Source of the DNA: Octopus bimaculoides
Taxonomy: Eukaryota
Direction: 5' to 3'
DNA: 64,000 nucleotides
Assembly (NCBI RefSeq): GCF_001194135.2
Contig: NC_068981.1
Coordinates: 172,719,058 to 172,783,057 of the forward strand
The stretch's first letter is position 1. The number at the start of each line of letters is the position of its first letter. The position numbers and the translations under genes are program-made. The notes beneath the pieces were generated by a model, which was not told where the DNA came from, searched no databases, and was given only the letters and a program-made list of their open reading frames with translations. Shown here piece by piece: positions 38,668-52,400 of the stretch.

Positions 38668-39182
38668 GTGAGTATCATTAATTATGTCTTTTTTTTTAAT
38701 GTAAGATTTATGTGATTGTCAGTACTGAAAAACCATTTTGGAAAACCAAATTGTCACTAGTATGAGTTCACTTTCCACTTGGATCAGTTTAGCTGAATAT
38801 ACTTTTCCCTCTTATATTAAAAAACACTGTGTAACTATGTCATTCAGATACACAAATTTTTTGTATCTCTTTATCATACATTATTTTCATATAATTATTT
38901 ATATACATTAACATTTTCCTGTAATTTCCTGTGTTGTCTTTGATTACAAGGGCATCATAATATCCCTCCTCACCCTAGTTGTTTCTTACACAAACTTCAA
39001 CTTCACTCATTTGTCATTGAAGAAATTATCTAGATTTTATGTGTAACTAATTTAGATCACATTTTATTAGAATTATAAGCTATAATTCATTATTCTTTTA
39101 AGATTTAATACTTAACACATCTACACTTGTTATGTTCTCCATTGGAATTCTTTAAAAAATTTCCACGTTTTTATTTCAACAG

Positions 39183-39284
39183 CATCTGCGAAAAATGAGT
39201 AATTTTAACTCATATTTGGCTATTTTGTCTGCCCTGGATTCTGCCCCTATTAGAAGGCTGGAATGGCAGAAACAGAATATGGAA
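39183..39284 (+). CDS. RAPGEF1: C3G CDC25 exon: HLRKMSNFNSYLAILSALDSAPIRRLEWQKQNME
   Basis: tttcaacag|CAT ... GAA|GTAAGA; phase 0-0. RasGEF motif NFNSYLAILSAL. Confidence 0.97.
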
Positions 39285-39619
39285 GTAAGATGTTTTTCTT
39301 GTGCTAATTATCAGTTGCATGAATTAAGAGACTAAATTACTGATTCAGTATTATCATCGTCATTGGTCTTATATTGGTTTGTTAACAAATTAGCATTCAT
39401 TAGAGCATCAGATTAAATACCTTGTGGTATTTATTTCAGTTCAAATCCCATCAAGGGGAACTTCACCTTTCATCCTTTCAATGTCAATATTAACAAAGTA
39501 CCAATGTAGAGCAGGAGACTGGTGGAATCATTAGTGGGTCTAATAGAATATCTTTAGTCGAAGAAATCAACCCCAGGACTTATTCTTTGTAAGCCTAGTA
39601 CTTATTTTATCATAAATTT

Positions 39620-41061
39620 CCTTTATTGATGAAATTTCAACCATAGGTAATTGACACACATCAAGAAGTTTTCCCAAAGGATTCTAAGTTTTCCCAAGGA
39701 TTCTAAGACCCCCTAATTTTAGTCATTTTTTATGATCCAAAACTAGGTCAAAAGTTCTGAATGAATCTTTATGAATTTTAGAAATTATATTCTATGCATA
39801 AGGACAGATGTAATGCAGTATATGCTTGACAGAGAGGGGGCATAAATGAGGCCATAACCCACATGAAAATTCATGTATTTTTGCTGTTGATGAAATTTTA
39901 ACCATAGATATTAGACACAAATGAAATAATATTCCTAAAATTTGAACTTCTTAGGAGTTAGTAAGACCCCTTCAATTTAGTCATTTTTTCCTCAGCCAAG
40001 ATGAATACAATTGTAGTCTTGGAAACTGTAGAGTCACCTGAGCATACAAGATGAGCGTTATTTGTAATTCAGTGGTACAACAGTGTAAGAGTTTGCTTTG
40101 TGATATACTTAGATTGTAATTTCTGCAATGTGGTGCATAAATTGTCATGTAAAAGAGAGGCATCTTTGCCTCCACTGATTCAGTTGCAAAGTGTTATTTT
40201 GAGTAAAGTTATTTGGCTGCACACCTCCTTTCAGTCTTTTTATTATCACTGGGTCAGAGATAGTCCCCAGATGGTAACATTGATTTCAAGGCCTTTCAAG
40301 ATAAGTGATTGGTCATTCAAAGAGATTTATAGATTGCAAATTTCTATTCAATTGCCTATTGGCATTGTGATCATTGGCAAACTCCACAGGTGATACTTTC
40401 ATTTCCCCTTACTCCTCATGTCACACAGTTGTTAATGTTTATTTCAGTTGGGTCATGCCCTTCCAATTGCTATAGATCTGTAATGCATCTTACGGCTGTG
40501 CCGGTCACCTGTATGGTGTGGAATCCTACATTTGGGGAGTGGTAACGACTAGGGTAGGGTAGCTGACTGCTTATTGCAATCATTCGTCTTTTGGTTTCCT
40601 GTAGCTTTGCTCTCTTTTACAAACCCAATGAACATTCAAATATTTCCGATTTCAAAGGAATTTGAACAATAGATATAAGACATGAGTTAAAAAAGACTCC
40701 AACAATTCAACTTCTATGGTTGACTTTAAGACCCCCTCCCCCTAATAGGGGCCTTAACTCCCACATTTTAGAGCTCCATGTGCTCCATTTTTCAGGAGGA
40801 AAAAACCTTTGAATAGGTTTTTTTTTATAAGATTTGGATTTTGGAATCTGGGCATAAAGATGAGTAGTATGGGATAAATATGTCATGATTAGAATTTTTG
40901 TTAGGATGTGTAAAGAGGGAAAGAACCCTCATTAAAATTTTTAATCTCCAATTTTGATAAAATTTGAATCATAGATATTCCAGTTCATTAGAGAAAATAT
41001 AAAAGAAAAGTCTAATTCTTCAATTCCATGTGACACGGGCAATGCCAAGTATCTCTGCTAG
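39620..41061 (+). mobile_element. Possible non-autonomous Helitron with internal duplicated units
   Basis: 3' end cacgggcaatgccaagtatctctgCTAG|t at 41033-41062. Degenerate direct repeats at 39620-39740 and 39885-39995, with aagacccc recurring near 39704, 39963 and 40728. 5' boundary uncertain. Confidence 0.4.
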
Positions 41062-41769
41062 TGTGTTTATAAGGCAAAAAAGCAAATGAAACAATTTAAA
41101 GGACATTATATATTGCAGTGATAAAGGATGTAACCTTGCTATGAATAGTTTAAGATTTATAATAAAAAACAGTATTAAAAAATATATACAAGCAGTGAGT
41201 TATAAAACAGCTGTGAGTATTCAAAGACAATAGATGTGAGCATTATGACAGAAAATGTTTAGGTTTTTTGTCACAAACCTAAAGCAATTAAAGGACATCT
41301 CAAAAGAAAACAATCTACTCTAACTAATGATGATTCCAACTCACCTGGTTAGTAAATAGCATTTAATTATGCAGTGATTGGATGTGACTCATTGCTTTCA
41401 TTTCATATATTAATTCCAACATATCTCAGTTGGGGAGTAAAAAAAAATAGAAAATAGAAATAATCACCATCTGTTAATAGAAACATGAATATGTCAGTTG
41501 AATAAACTTAAAATGTGGTTGTAAGAATTTTTCAATATTTAATTTTTTAAAATAAGAAATCTTTAGAATAATTTTAAAATCTGCAAGAAAAATGTTGGAA
41601 GAATTCTTACAACAGAATGAACTTTACTAAAGATACCCAATAACTTGGTGGCAGTGTTCAGTTTTTGTTATTAGTAAAGATTTCTTGTAAGAAAGTAAAT
41701 GGTTCAGAGAAGCAATATGTTGTATATACAGTTTATTGATGGACCTTTATTTCATTGTTGCTTTCTCAG

Positions 41770-41867
41770 GCGTTGAAAGAATTCTGTCAATTAATAGACA
41801 GCTCTGCGTCATTCCGGGCCTATCGCCAGGCTCTATCAGAGACAGAACCCCCTTGTATTCCATACTT
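41770..41867 (+). CDS. RAPGEF1: C3G CDC25 exon: ALKEFCQLIDSSASFRAYRQALSETEPPCIPY
   Basis: ctttctcag|GCG ... TT|GTGAGT; phase 0 to 2. RasGEF motif FRAYR...PPCIPYL. Confidence 0.97.
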
Positions 41868-42432
41868 GTGAGTATACAGTTTCCTATGACACTATTATTT
41901 ACTATTGTTGTTTAATATTTGCTTCCACACTTATAATGATTTTGTGATTATATAGAGTAAGAGTTCAGCCTATAAGTTTGGTACTTTTTTTTTTTTGATT
42001 GATAGAGCTATGTTATGTAAGTTTAGGATTTTCCTTTCTTAACTGCTTTTCTTTCTTTTTATTTCTTGATCTAATTTTTTGTTTGTCTTATTCAAATTTT
42101 TTGTTCTTTTAATTTTACTTCATATTTCTAATTATAGATTGCTTATACTGTCTAAGTGACATACATGTAAAAATTAGTTCCTTTTTTTTTTTTTTAATGC
42201 CACTAATATTTCAATATTTAGAATCTACAATAAAAACAGTTTGCTTATAGCATACAATGAAATTGTTTATTTATTTAATTTTATAATAATAAAAACAAAG
42301 GTATTAAATATTTTGGTTCTAAGCAAATCCTGACTAAAAGATTATATTTAACCCTTTCTTTAGTTAGGTTCTCATACACTCATAAACTTGAGCAAAATGC
42401 AGGTTTTGATTTTATCAATTTTCTTTTTACAG

Positions 42433-42564
42433 AGGATTAATTCTGCAAGATCTGACTTTCATTAATATTGGAAACCAAGACTTACTACAAGACGGTAGCA
42501 TAAATTTTGCTAAAAGATGGCAACAATTCAATATTCTTGAGATCATGCGCAGGTTCAGAAAATG
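42433..42564 (+). CDS. RAPGEF1: C3G CDC25 exon: GLILQDLTFINIGNQDLLQDGSINFAKRWQQFNILEIMRRFRK
   Basis: tttttacag|A ... TG|GTAAGT; phase 2-2. RasGEF motif GLILQDLTF...INFAKR. Confidence 0.97.
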
Positions 42565-42921
42565 GTAAGTAAATTCAAGGTTTAAAAGCGTTTTATCAAT
42601 GATCAGCAGAAATTCAAAGTTGTCTCAGTGTGCTTTGATTCTGTTTGTTAGTGAAATAGATTTATATTTTAATATTTTAATTTTAATTGAATTATTTCCA
42701 TTTGAGATATTAAGTCTGAACTCCATTCTCTCTCTATCTCTCTATCTGTAACAAATTTCAATTGCAAAGATTTTATATTCATTTGTAAATCAACATCTAA
42801 GACTTATTAACAATGGAAGTGTAAAGTAAGCTGAATGTAGGGAATAACTTAGGATTTTTGTGCATTAAATTTTGAGAAGAAACTTGTTAAAGTAGCATAT
42901 CCTAGGGAATAGCTGTGTTGT

Positions 42922-43145
42922 TTAACCCTTTAGCATTTAAACCAGCCATATCTGGCCCGAAACATTCTACCTGTTTTATTTTCAAACCAGCTAGATACAA
43001 CCTCTCACACCTATAATGTCATTCAAGAAATAACAATCACGTTATTGAAATCTCAAAGCTGCAAGATAATTCATGATCAACTCACAGCAATATCAATAAA
43101 TAAATATTACATTTGACAGAGCAATCTGAATGCTAATGGGATTAA
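42922..43145. mobile_element. piggyBac-type MITE
   Basis: TTAA|ccctttagcatt ... aatgctaatggga|TTAA: terminal inverted repeats with TTAA target sites. Confidence 0.7.
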
Positions 43146-43569
43146 CATCTGCTTACTAACAGGAGGAACACTGTTGACAAAGCTGAGAATTTAGCTGAAG
43201 TAGGGTAAAATCATTTGTCTTGAATAGGGTTGTTAACATATGGAGACAAAGAAAGAAATTCGTGAGCTAAGCAAATTATTTTTTAGCTCTGATCAATAGT
43301 CTTGCTTACCTGTGGTAAAAAAAAAACAAAAAAAACTATGCAACAGATGAAAACAAGAATTTTAATTTTGAGTCTATATGATTTTGTTTCATATTGTTAT
43401 TTAGCTGCAAATCAACTGAAACTGAACCTCTGGCACTTTGTCAAACTGCTGTTATCCACTAATCCATTATTCCAGATTTACCAAATATTTTCCTATTTGT
43501 GGTCTACACTAAATATTCTGATATGTAGTGGTTAATCAACTTGCATATAGCTTTATATATATATATATT

Positions 43570-43891
43570 GCCCGCGGCATTTCTAAGGACTTTCGAGCAG
43601 GATCGTTGCCAGTGCCCCTGGACTGGCTCTTGTGCGGGTGGCACATAAAATACACCATTTTGAGCATGGCCGTTGCCAGTACCGCCTGACTGGCGTTCGT
43701 GCGGGTGACACGTAAAAGCACCCACTACACTCTCTGAGTGGTTGGCGTTAGGAAGGGCATCCAGCTGTAGGAACTCTACCAAATTAGATTGGAGCCTGGT
43801 GTTGCCATCCGGTTTCACCAGTCCTCAGTCAAACCGTCCAACCCATGCTAGCATGGAAAGCGGACGTTAAACGACGATGATGATGATGATG
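43570..43891 (+). mobile_element. RTE-tail element, relatively young (CpG-rich), ending in (GAT)n
   Basis: Internal duplicated unit (ttgccagt..gactggc..gtgcgggtg..cac.taaaa.cacc) followed by the same tail as 28270.. and 36214.. Confidence 0.8.
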
Positions 43892-43903
43892 ATATATATA
43901 TAT

Positions 43904-44007
43904 AAAATTTAAATAAGAGCTGTGACGCTAAATCCATATATATTAATAAACTTGATAATAAACTTTAATATATATGAATTTAGCGTCAAAGCTCTTATTT
44001 AAATTTT
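43904..44007. repeat. 43-bp inverted repeat (stem-loop)
   Basis: aaaatttaaataagagctgtgacgctaaatccatatatattaa at 43904-43946 versus its reverse complement at 43965-44007; 2 mismatches, 18-nt loop. Confidence 0.9.
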
Positions 44008-44134
44008 TTGATATATAACCAAGGAGATTGATTCATAAGGAGTTTACTATAGACCTTTGTGGACGAATTTTTGATATTTTGGTAACGATTACATGTTTTA
44101 TCTTACCAATACATTTGGTAGATATCATTATATG

Positions 44135-44190
<56 letters not shown>

Positions 44191-44466
44191 TATACATACA
44201 TATTCATCATTTGCCACCTTTCCAGCCATGACCATACTGTCTTCTGTTCTGGCATACTATATTCAGATTCAATTAACTACTTCATTCATTTCTTTTAGGA
44301 ATAGTGTATGGTTGAGAGAGTTTTAACTGCTGTCATTATCAGTTCAACATCCATGTAGAGAATCTTGTATTCTATTTGTTCTGTATTTTTGTAGTGCATA
44401 ATCCTCCTTGCCTTTTCTTCTTTTTTTTTTTTGCATTATATATGTATTTATTTTTCTTTCTTTCAG

Positions 44467-44614
44467 TAATTTTGATTTCAAGAAAAGCGAGAAAATACTC
44501 GCAGTATTCGATGGTTTTGATGACTACAAATGTGAAGATGAACTTTGGCAAATATCTGAGAAAATCAAACCCCGAGGGGGTAAAAGAAAAGCAACAGAAC
44601 CTGGTGAATCCTGA
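44467..44614 (+). CDS. RAPGEF1: C3G terminal coding exon: (C)NFDFKKSEKILAVFDGFDDYKCEDELWQISEKIKPRGGKRKATEPGES*
   Basis: Strong acceptor tttctttctttcag|T; phase 2; TGA at 44612-44614. RasGEF C-terminal motif EDELWQISEKIKPR. Confidence 0.95.
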
Positions 44615-45039
44615 AAAAAATAAGGGACAGCGGGGAAATTTTCTCCAGAGGAGCCACTACAGTAGACATAGCTCTGACTGCTGCTATGACAATTGCTGCT
44701 GCCACCGCTGCTGCTACTGTTGTTGTCCCCACCCTACTGCCTGCTGCCACCACTGCTGCTACTGCTGTAATCAGTCAAAATTCTGCCTAATGAGTAACAG
44801 GAACTGGAATATGGTTAATGTGAAATATAACAGGAATGAAAAAATTTTAATAACAATGATAATACTGATAAAAAACAACACAGGTGTGTTAAAAAAAAAA
44901 TATGTGTTCTATAAGTACTACCAGGTTTATGATGAACTCTACAGGAATATGATGAAAGCAAATCCCTATACAACCTATAAGATTGCAGCTGACTCTATTA
45001 GTTGCAGATTTATGAGGAGAAAAATTCTCTAGTATAGTA

Positions 45040-45059
45040 GAGAAATATATGTGTGTGTA

Positions 45060-45091
<32 letters not shown>

Positions 45092-45463
45092 CACACACCC
45101 ACACACATATACACACAATATATTTACACGTACACATGTATCTAATATGTACACACGCATTTATATATGCACACATACATTCACACACATAAAAATATGT
45201 ATAATTTATATGTAAGTATAAATATAAATTATATACTATATATAACGCATATATGTGTTTGTGCATATGTATATTGTGTGTGTGTAAATATATACAGATA
45301 TATATAATTAATATATTTATATACATAATATGTATTTGTTGATTTGTTTTTCCATGTTAGTGGAGATTATATATATATATGATGATGATGATACATACAT
45401 ACATACATACATACATACACATATGCAAGCATGTATGTATACATGTGTGTGCGTGTGTGTGTT

Positions 45464-45556
<93 letters not shown>

Positions 45557-45590
45557 GTATTTATAACCACATACATATATATATCGTGTG

Positions 45591-45631
<41 letters not shown>

Positions 45632-45716
45632 TTATATACTTGTATATAATTTATAATATATGTATATAATTTATATTAATATAAATTTTTATGCATACTT
45701 ACGTACATGTGCAGTA

Positions 45717-45783
<67 letters not shown>

Positions 45784-45873
45784 NNNNNNNNNNNNNNNNN
45801 NNNNNNNNATATATATATATATATATATATAACTTACATTTATATACGTATGTATGTATATACTTAATATGCT

Positions 45874-45920
<47 letters not shown>

Positions 45921-46319
45921 GACATATATATATATATATATAATGTATAGATACACGCATATAAATTAGCTATATGATACATGTTATGTATCATATATAG
46001 ATACATGTATATATATTTTATATATATGTATATATATTTCATATATATATATATTTATATAAACATATACATGTGTGCACAAGTGCACACACATACACAT
46101 ATTAGTATATCTGTGTTGCTTTATTTTTTAGTCATCTTATAGTTTCTTTGTCTTGTCTTTAACATCCTATCCATTCTCCTGTAACTCACCTTTGTCCTGT
46201 CCTTCATCTTTTCTACACTTAACACCAGGTGCAGTGCGCCAACCTTCCTCGAATATTAGATGGACAGCTAAACAGATAAAGACTGCCCTCACAGAGATAG
46301 CAGCAGCGGTTAATAATCA

Positions 46320-46353
<34 letters not shown>

Positions 46354-46385
46354 ATATATATATATATATATATATNNNNNNNNNN

Positions 46386-46449
<64 letters not shown>

Positions 46450-46490
46450 TCTATATATATGTATATATACATATATAGATATATATATCT
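45040..46490. repeat. Compound (TA)n/(CA)n/(TG)n/(CT)n microsatellite block with small gaps
   Basis: Directly visible; source of the many [12 protein letters not shown] pseudo-ORFs. Confidence 0.95.
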
Positions 46491-49400
46491 GCCTCTTAAG
46501 CAGAATACTACAAGTCCAATATAGCTCCTCCTTCATTGACATTGCAGCATTTGTTCTTCAACTTTGTTTACATTGTCCATCTCTGACACTGCATATTATT
46601 TTGTCTTCTATTTACTATTACATTACTATTATTAAAGTGTTTAAAAAAAGACGATGATGATGATGATCATAGTTATTTTAGTAACAAGTGAGAAAGATTG
46701 CTAGGCCATAAGCCAATGAGTTTTAATAACTGATGACTATAATTCTCTGGTCTGTAAATGAATGAACACAAAAAGTTTATTTACAGTCTAACTAGTAGTT
46801 TTAGCTGGGCTTTATTTATTTATTTTTATTTATTTTTTTTTCTCTCTTCCAATATTCCTCCCTTTAAAATGATTCAAAAATGAAAATAAAAAATGGTTTG
46901 CTCTAAGTCAGGATTACAAATTGTATTTAAAAAAAAAAAGAAAAGAAAGAAAAGTAAAAAAAAAAAAAAGAAATATTTTTCTGGTAAAAGAAGAAAAAGA
47001 AAGTTTTACACTTCAGATTGGATGATGGTGATGATGGTGCTATGTTCCTTAGCTGCTACACTCAACTGAAAACTAAAATAATGAACAATAAAAATAATAT
47101 ATTGTTTAGTCCCTCTTATGCAGATTTCCTCAAAGTTTTTTTTTTTTTTCATGAAATTATATTGTTGTGTTTTTTTTTTTTTACCTTTCTTTTGTCTTAT
47201 TCTGCCCTCCCCCAATTATGTTTGAAATATTTTCTTGTTTATTTCTTGCATTATCAAACAAAACAGTTAATATAAATAATAATCCTTTTGTTGAACATCC
47301 CTGTTCTCTTTCCCTGCCCTGTCCCCATCTTGTTGTTTGTTAATCAGGCATGGTTGCTGGCTATTTATTTAAAACATCTAGTTTTTTTTTCTTTTTTGTT
47401 TTTTTTCAACTCCTTGTAAAAAAATTTGCTCCTGTCAGCATTTTGCCTTACTCGTTGAAGATGTATTTTTGTGTGCAGAGAGTGCTTAAAGTGCAACTTT
47501 TTTCTCTCCCCTGTGAACGATCTAGTATCATGGTATCCTTCTCTTTTGCTTGTTCAGTCAACATAAATTTATTTATAATGTTGCTATTATATTCTATTCA
47601 ACCACTCTTTCAGATATTTTGGTTCTTGAAAGAGTGATTTTCATTTAACATTTTGAAAAGAAAAAAATCAAAGTTTTGTAATTAGTTTTTGATTTTGCCT
47701 CCCATTTTTTTAGGAATGACCTAAGTCAATCAGATGTTTTTATTTTTTTAAGGTTTCATTCAAAATTCCATTTGTTTTCCTCAAAATTTCAAACTTCTAA
47801 GAATTATCTGAACATTTCATTTCCATAAATGTGATGTTTTGATGATATTTTTAAAATTTATTTATTGAAATATTTGTATAGTGTGGAATAATTTAGCTTC
47901 ATTTCTAAAACCTTTTATGTGCATATCATTCTTCTACTAAATCTTAGACATTTGAATTTGTATTTCTCATTTGAAGCTCTTTGTAAACTTTATTTCATTT
48001 AGAGCTTTTCATATTGGATATTTTGTTTCATTTTCTTCTTAGTACTATAGATGAATTTGACTCCTTGTGCAAGCAGTTAAGGAGAAAAACAAAACAACTT
48101 TTTAAGTTACTGAAATTTGATTATTACTAAGTCCAAATCCATGAGACTGCACAAACTTCAAAGAAAAAAAGTAACATTTTTTGAAAATGTATATGAAGTA
48201 CAAGCTATTAACTGGAGCCTTCACTCAGATTTTGTTAAAATATTCTGTTGAAAGGTGTGTAATATGGACTGAAAAGACTGGTGCTACTTACTCATGATTT
48301 GAGTACAGTGAGAGAAGTTTAGAATTCAATAAGCTTCATACAAACTATTTAGCAGTGCAAATAGTGATTTTAGTTTCTTTTACAGAAAAATCATCTATTG
48401 GTTCTTGGCATAATAAAACTGCTAAGATCTATATTAATGTTTCTGCTACAACTTTAGAATTCTCATAGCTAGTTGTTAATATTTTGTTTACTTAAATCCT
48501 CTATTTTTTAATCATTTGTGAAAAAGAAAATTCCAAAAATTTTGGAGAAGCTTACCTGTTGGTTTCAGTGTCTGAAGTATTGGAAAATCTCCATTATTCT
48601 TGCCAAAGTGCACACTAGAATTTTGAAGTAAAAGTAGTTTGATGTTAGAATTTGTAATTTTAACCAACTTGATGCAGTATTTTGCTTTGTAATTGCTGTC
48701 TCTTCTATAATAGAAAAATGATTCTATTTAAGAATTTAATATTTTAATAATAATAATAAATTAATTTTAAAAGCTTTTTACTAAAAGTTTTTTCTAATCA
48801 TTTTATAATGTAGTTAATATTTAAGAACAAAAAACAATAGAATAGAAAAGTTAAACACATTTTTGCTTGTTAATTTAGAATTTGTTACATCATTTAAAAA
48901 CTAACAATTGAGTCTTTAGTTTCTTTGAATCAGTTCACTATTCAATTTAGATGGACAATTTTAGTTTTTGATACCCTCATAATATAATTTTCAATATATT
49001 GAATCAGAAAAAGGAGCTCTAAGTGTACACATAAAAATTTACTATTTTGTACAGTTTATATTGTGTGAACTATGCTTTCATGAGAATTTCCAAATCAAAA
49101 ACTGATTCTTATCCAAATATTTATTCTTCATGAAATCTATGGATGACTCTTCAGTCTGACTATACAATGCTAAAGATGGTACTTTATATTCACATGCAAA
49201 AACTATTGTTGGATACCTTTAGTAGCAGCATAAATTTGAGAGAGAAATAATAATTCTCATTGGGAGACACTTCATGAAGAGTGCAAATCTAAGGAGCCAC
49301 ACTTTTTGTAACAAAACTGGATTCAACTAGACAACTTAAATGTTGTTGTAACAGTGAAATCAGATGTATTCATACATGCATACAGCTATGCATGAACACA

Positions 49401-52400
49401 TTCACTTAAACTTTCTTCAGTTTAAAGTTGAGACCTAATAGCTGGTGTTACCAATTTTCATTTGCTGCAGTCTTCCCTTTGATATTTAATACTAGATGTG
49501 GTGGCTTCCTTATGGTCTATTCCTCCGTAGCAGTTTACAATTTGTTTCCTAGCTAAATCTTTTTCTTTATTTTTCCTCCACTCAGGTGTTCTTTTATATA
49601 TATGTATGTTTAGGGGTTTGAGTTTTAAGATCATTTGTTCATCTCAACATACATCTAAGTTCAATAATTGGTTACCTTCAATTAAATTTGAGAAATAGCC
49701 AGTGCAATCCTACATTTCTTGTTTTATCTTCTCTACATGACATAGATTTCTTTTTGTAAAGGTGACTATAATTTATTAATATGTTGCATTTAAATGGTAC
49801 AGCTAACCTACCAATGTTCCCTAACTTTTTCTTACCTCCTTTTTGTTGCTTACCTGCATATTCATCAACTGATATAGTTTCTGTTTTGCTTCTTTATATA
49901 TCTTCCAAATATCCTAGATGCTAAACTTTTCCAGGACTCTTTGACACTTGTTTAAATTATATGCTGTAACATTTAGAAAAATCACTTTGAATACTGTATT
50001 ACAGTTGATTCCAAGTTATTAAAAACACTGTATGATAATGACAGTATTTTAGGCTTCCCATTTCAACAGATTAGTATGGTTAAGTTTAAAGATATTTCAT
50101 AAGTTAAAAAACTAACCACTGCATAAAATACCTACTGTCATATGAAGTATTTATGCCTGAAGGTTTTCAGTGCCTCACAGAAACTTCAGCAAACAATAAC
50201 GTATATTCAAGTACTGGTGCTTCAATATACAGATAATGTAGTAGAACTAAAAGCTTGAGTGAGGTTGCGAAAGACAATGTTCAGCCCTTTTCATGCTGTT
50301 CTCAATAGTTTGTTTCAAATTTCTAATAACAACCGTCCATACTCATAAAAGCTTTTTTCTGCTCATTAAATGTATTTCTTGATGTAGTATTTACACTTGG
50401 AGCAGTAAAACTATGGAAATTGTAGTTTGCCTATAAATACTCTTTATCCTTTCACCATCATATAAAGATATTTAATTTTTACAAGATTATTTCTCTTAGG
50501 CTAAAATATTTTCCATCTGCTGGACAGAAGAACCAGTTACTAGAAAAGATATATGAAATATGGCAGTATTTCTGCTTTTTTAACAACTTATTCTTCTAAT
50601 AACTGCCCAAATTCAGTTGGTGTGTTCTAATTTTGCTGATTCTTCTACTTTTTTTTTCTTTTTTAGTTTCATTTATTAATTTTATTAGTTTTTCTTTTGA
50701 TACAAATATCCTAGGAGCATCAATTTAAAAACTAAATCATTACAAAATTTACTCATATTACTTTGTCAATCTTCAGAGTTAAGTAATGTGAAGTACTCGG
50801 GTGCTTTTTATTAGCCAATCTTAATATTATTGTTTGATATGATTCATTAGATGCCTACCAACCTACTTATATAATTCTTCACAATCTCATATTTCTCCAA
50901 AAGACAATAGGAACTTTTTTTTGAAGGCAACTTTATAAAATCTTATTTCTGGAAATGGTCTAGATTTTGCACTTATTCACTGAAAATTCAGTTACTGAGC
51001 ACTATATAGACTATTTCATTTATACAGAAAATTTACTTGGAAGTGAATTAAAGCTGTCTAAACCAGAAAACTGTTTTTATTATAACATTTCTATACAACT
51101 CTGATGCTTCCTGAAGGATAATTTGATAGAAAGTTTTAAACTTTACACTTGCTAACATTGAAACTAAGGTTTGGAGCTGAAATAGCTACTTAAGCCCTTG
51201 CACATAAAGATTCACTTTCACTTTATTTGTATAAAGCGGGTTATTGGTTCATCCTGCCTCCTAGGCAAAACTCATTAAAATAGCCTCTAAGCTTCCAGCA
51301 GTAAAATATTAAAATTGTTTACTATTGTCTTCTAATATTCTACACTTTTTTCTACAAAAGAAGATAACTTTAAATCAGCTTATTGATATAATCTGGTTTA
51401 AAGTTTTAAGTAAAAATTTCAGTGTTCATAAGATGATACACCATTCCTGTGGTTCTTACCTCAACATTGATGACTTCTGTAAAAGTGTCAACTTATATCT
51501 GTAAGCATTCAATCATAATTCTGCCTGGTGTTGTATTATGTGATCATATATAATGAATGTACTACTGGTTGGGATAATCTCAGGGTTTCATATTTCCTGG
51601 GACTGTGGATTTCAAGATAATCCATACAAACAGAACATCCATTTGATTCCTTAAGTTAATGATCACAGGATATAGTATGATACAATACACATTAATAAAA
51701 CAACAGTAAAATTTTTTTATAGTATCTAATAGAATTTCAGTTAATCTTCTCTTCACTCTCCATTCATAAAATCTCAGAAAAAAGAAACAAAGATTAATGC
51801 CAATCAGACATCCATATTATATCATTATTAGCATGCATTAAGAGCTAAAATTGCTTTGAAATAATAGCTTATATTAGGTGCTAAAGCTGCTTCATTATGA
51901 CAGCAAACAAGGAGCTAAAGTTACTTCAAGATCATTGCTTCTATTCTCTCTCATATCAACATACTTCTACAGTTGGTTTATTCAATATTTAATTCTTAAA
52001 GATCTATCAAAAGAGCAATCCTTCTTCAAATCAATTAGCTAACTTAGCAGAGAGGATACTTCAATTCAATGCTCTCACTGCCACCAATTATTATACTTGT
52101 GTTTAATTGCTTGCATTAAGTCTTCAGAGAGAAGGAAGTCTCTCCTTCCTTATTCTCCTCACTTCTGATTTTTTTTTCTCGTTTTTCTTTCCTGTTTTCT
52201 CTTCCTTTTCTTCTCTTTATTTATTTTTTTCTGTACACATTATGGCCAGCCAAGCACATTTTCAGGTTACTATCTAACTGCTTAAAATAATTAAAAGCCT
52301 TTGCTAACTTTATAAAGAAGCTGACCTGAAAGTATAGTTCCTCCAGTGAATGGCCAAAATGTTGTGAAAAGTCTGTGTACTACAAAATGGTTCTTTGACA

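Noticed and set aside
44612-44623. Stop-codon readthrough into the Ala-rich stretch
   Set aside because: In-frame TAA follows two codons after the TGA, and the Ala-rich frame is a different frame.
45330-46657. Many ORFs rich in IY, TH or CV
   Set aside because: Translations of (TA)n/(CA)n microsatellites; also 25278, 31538-32141 and 44093.
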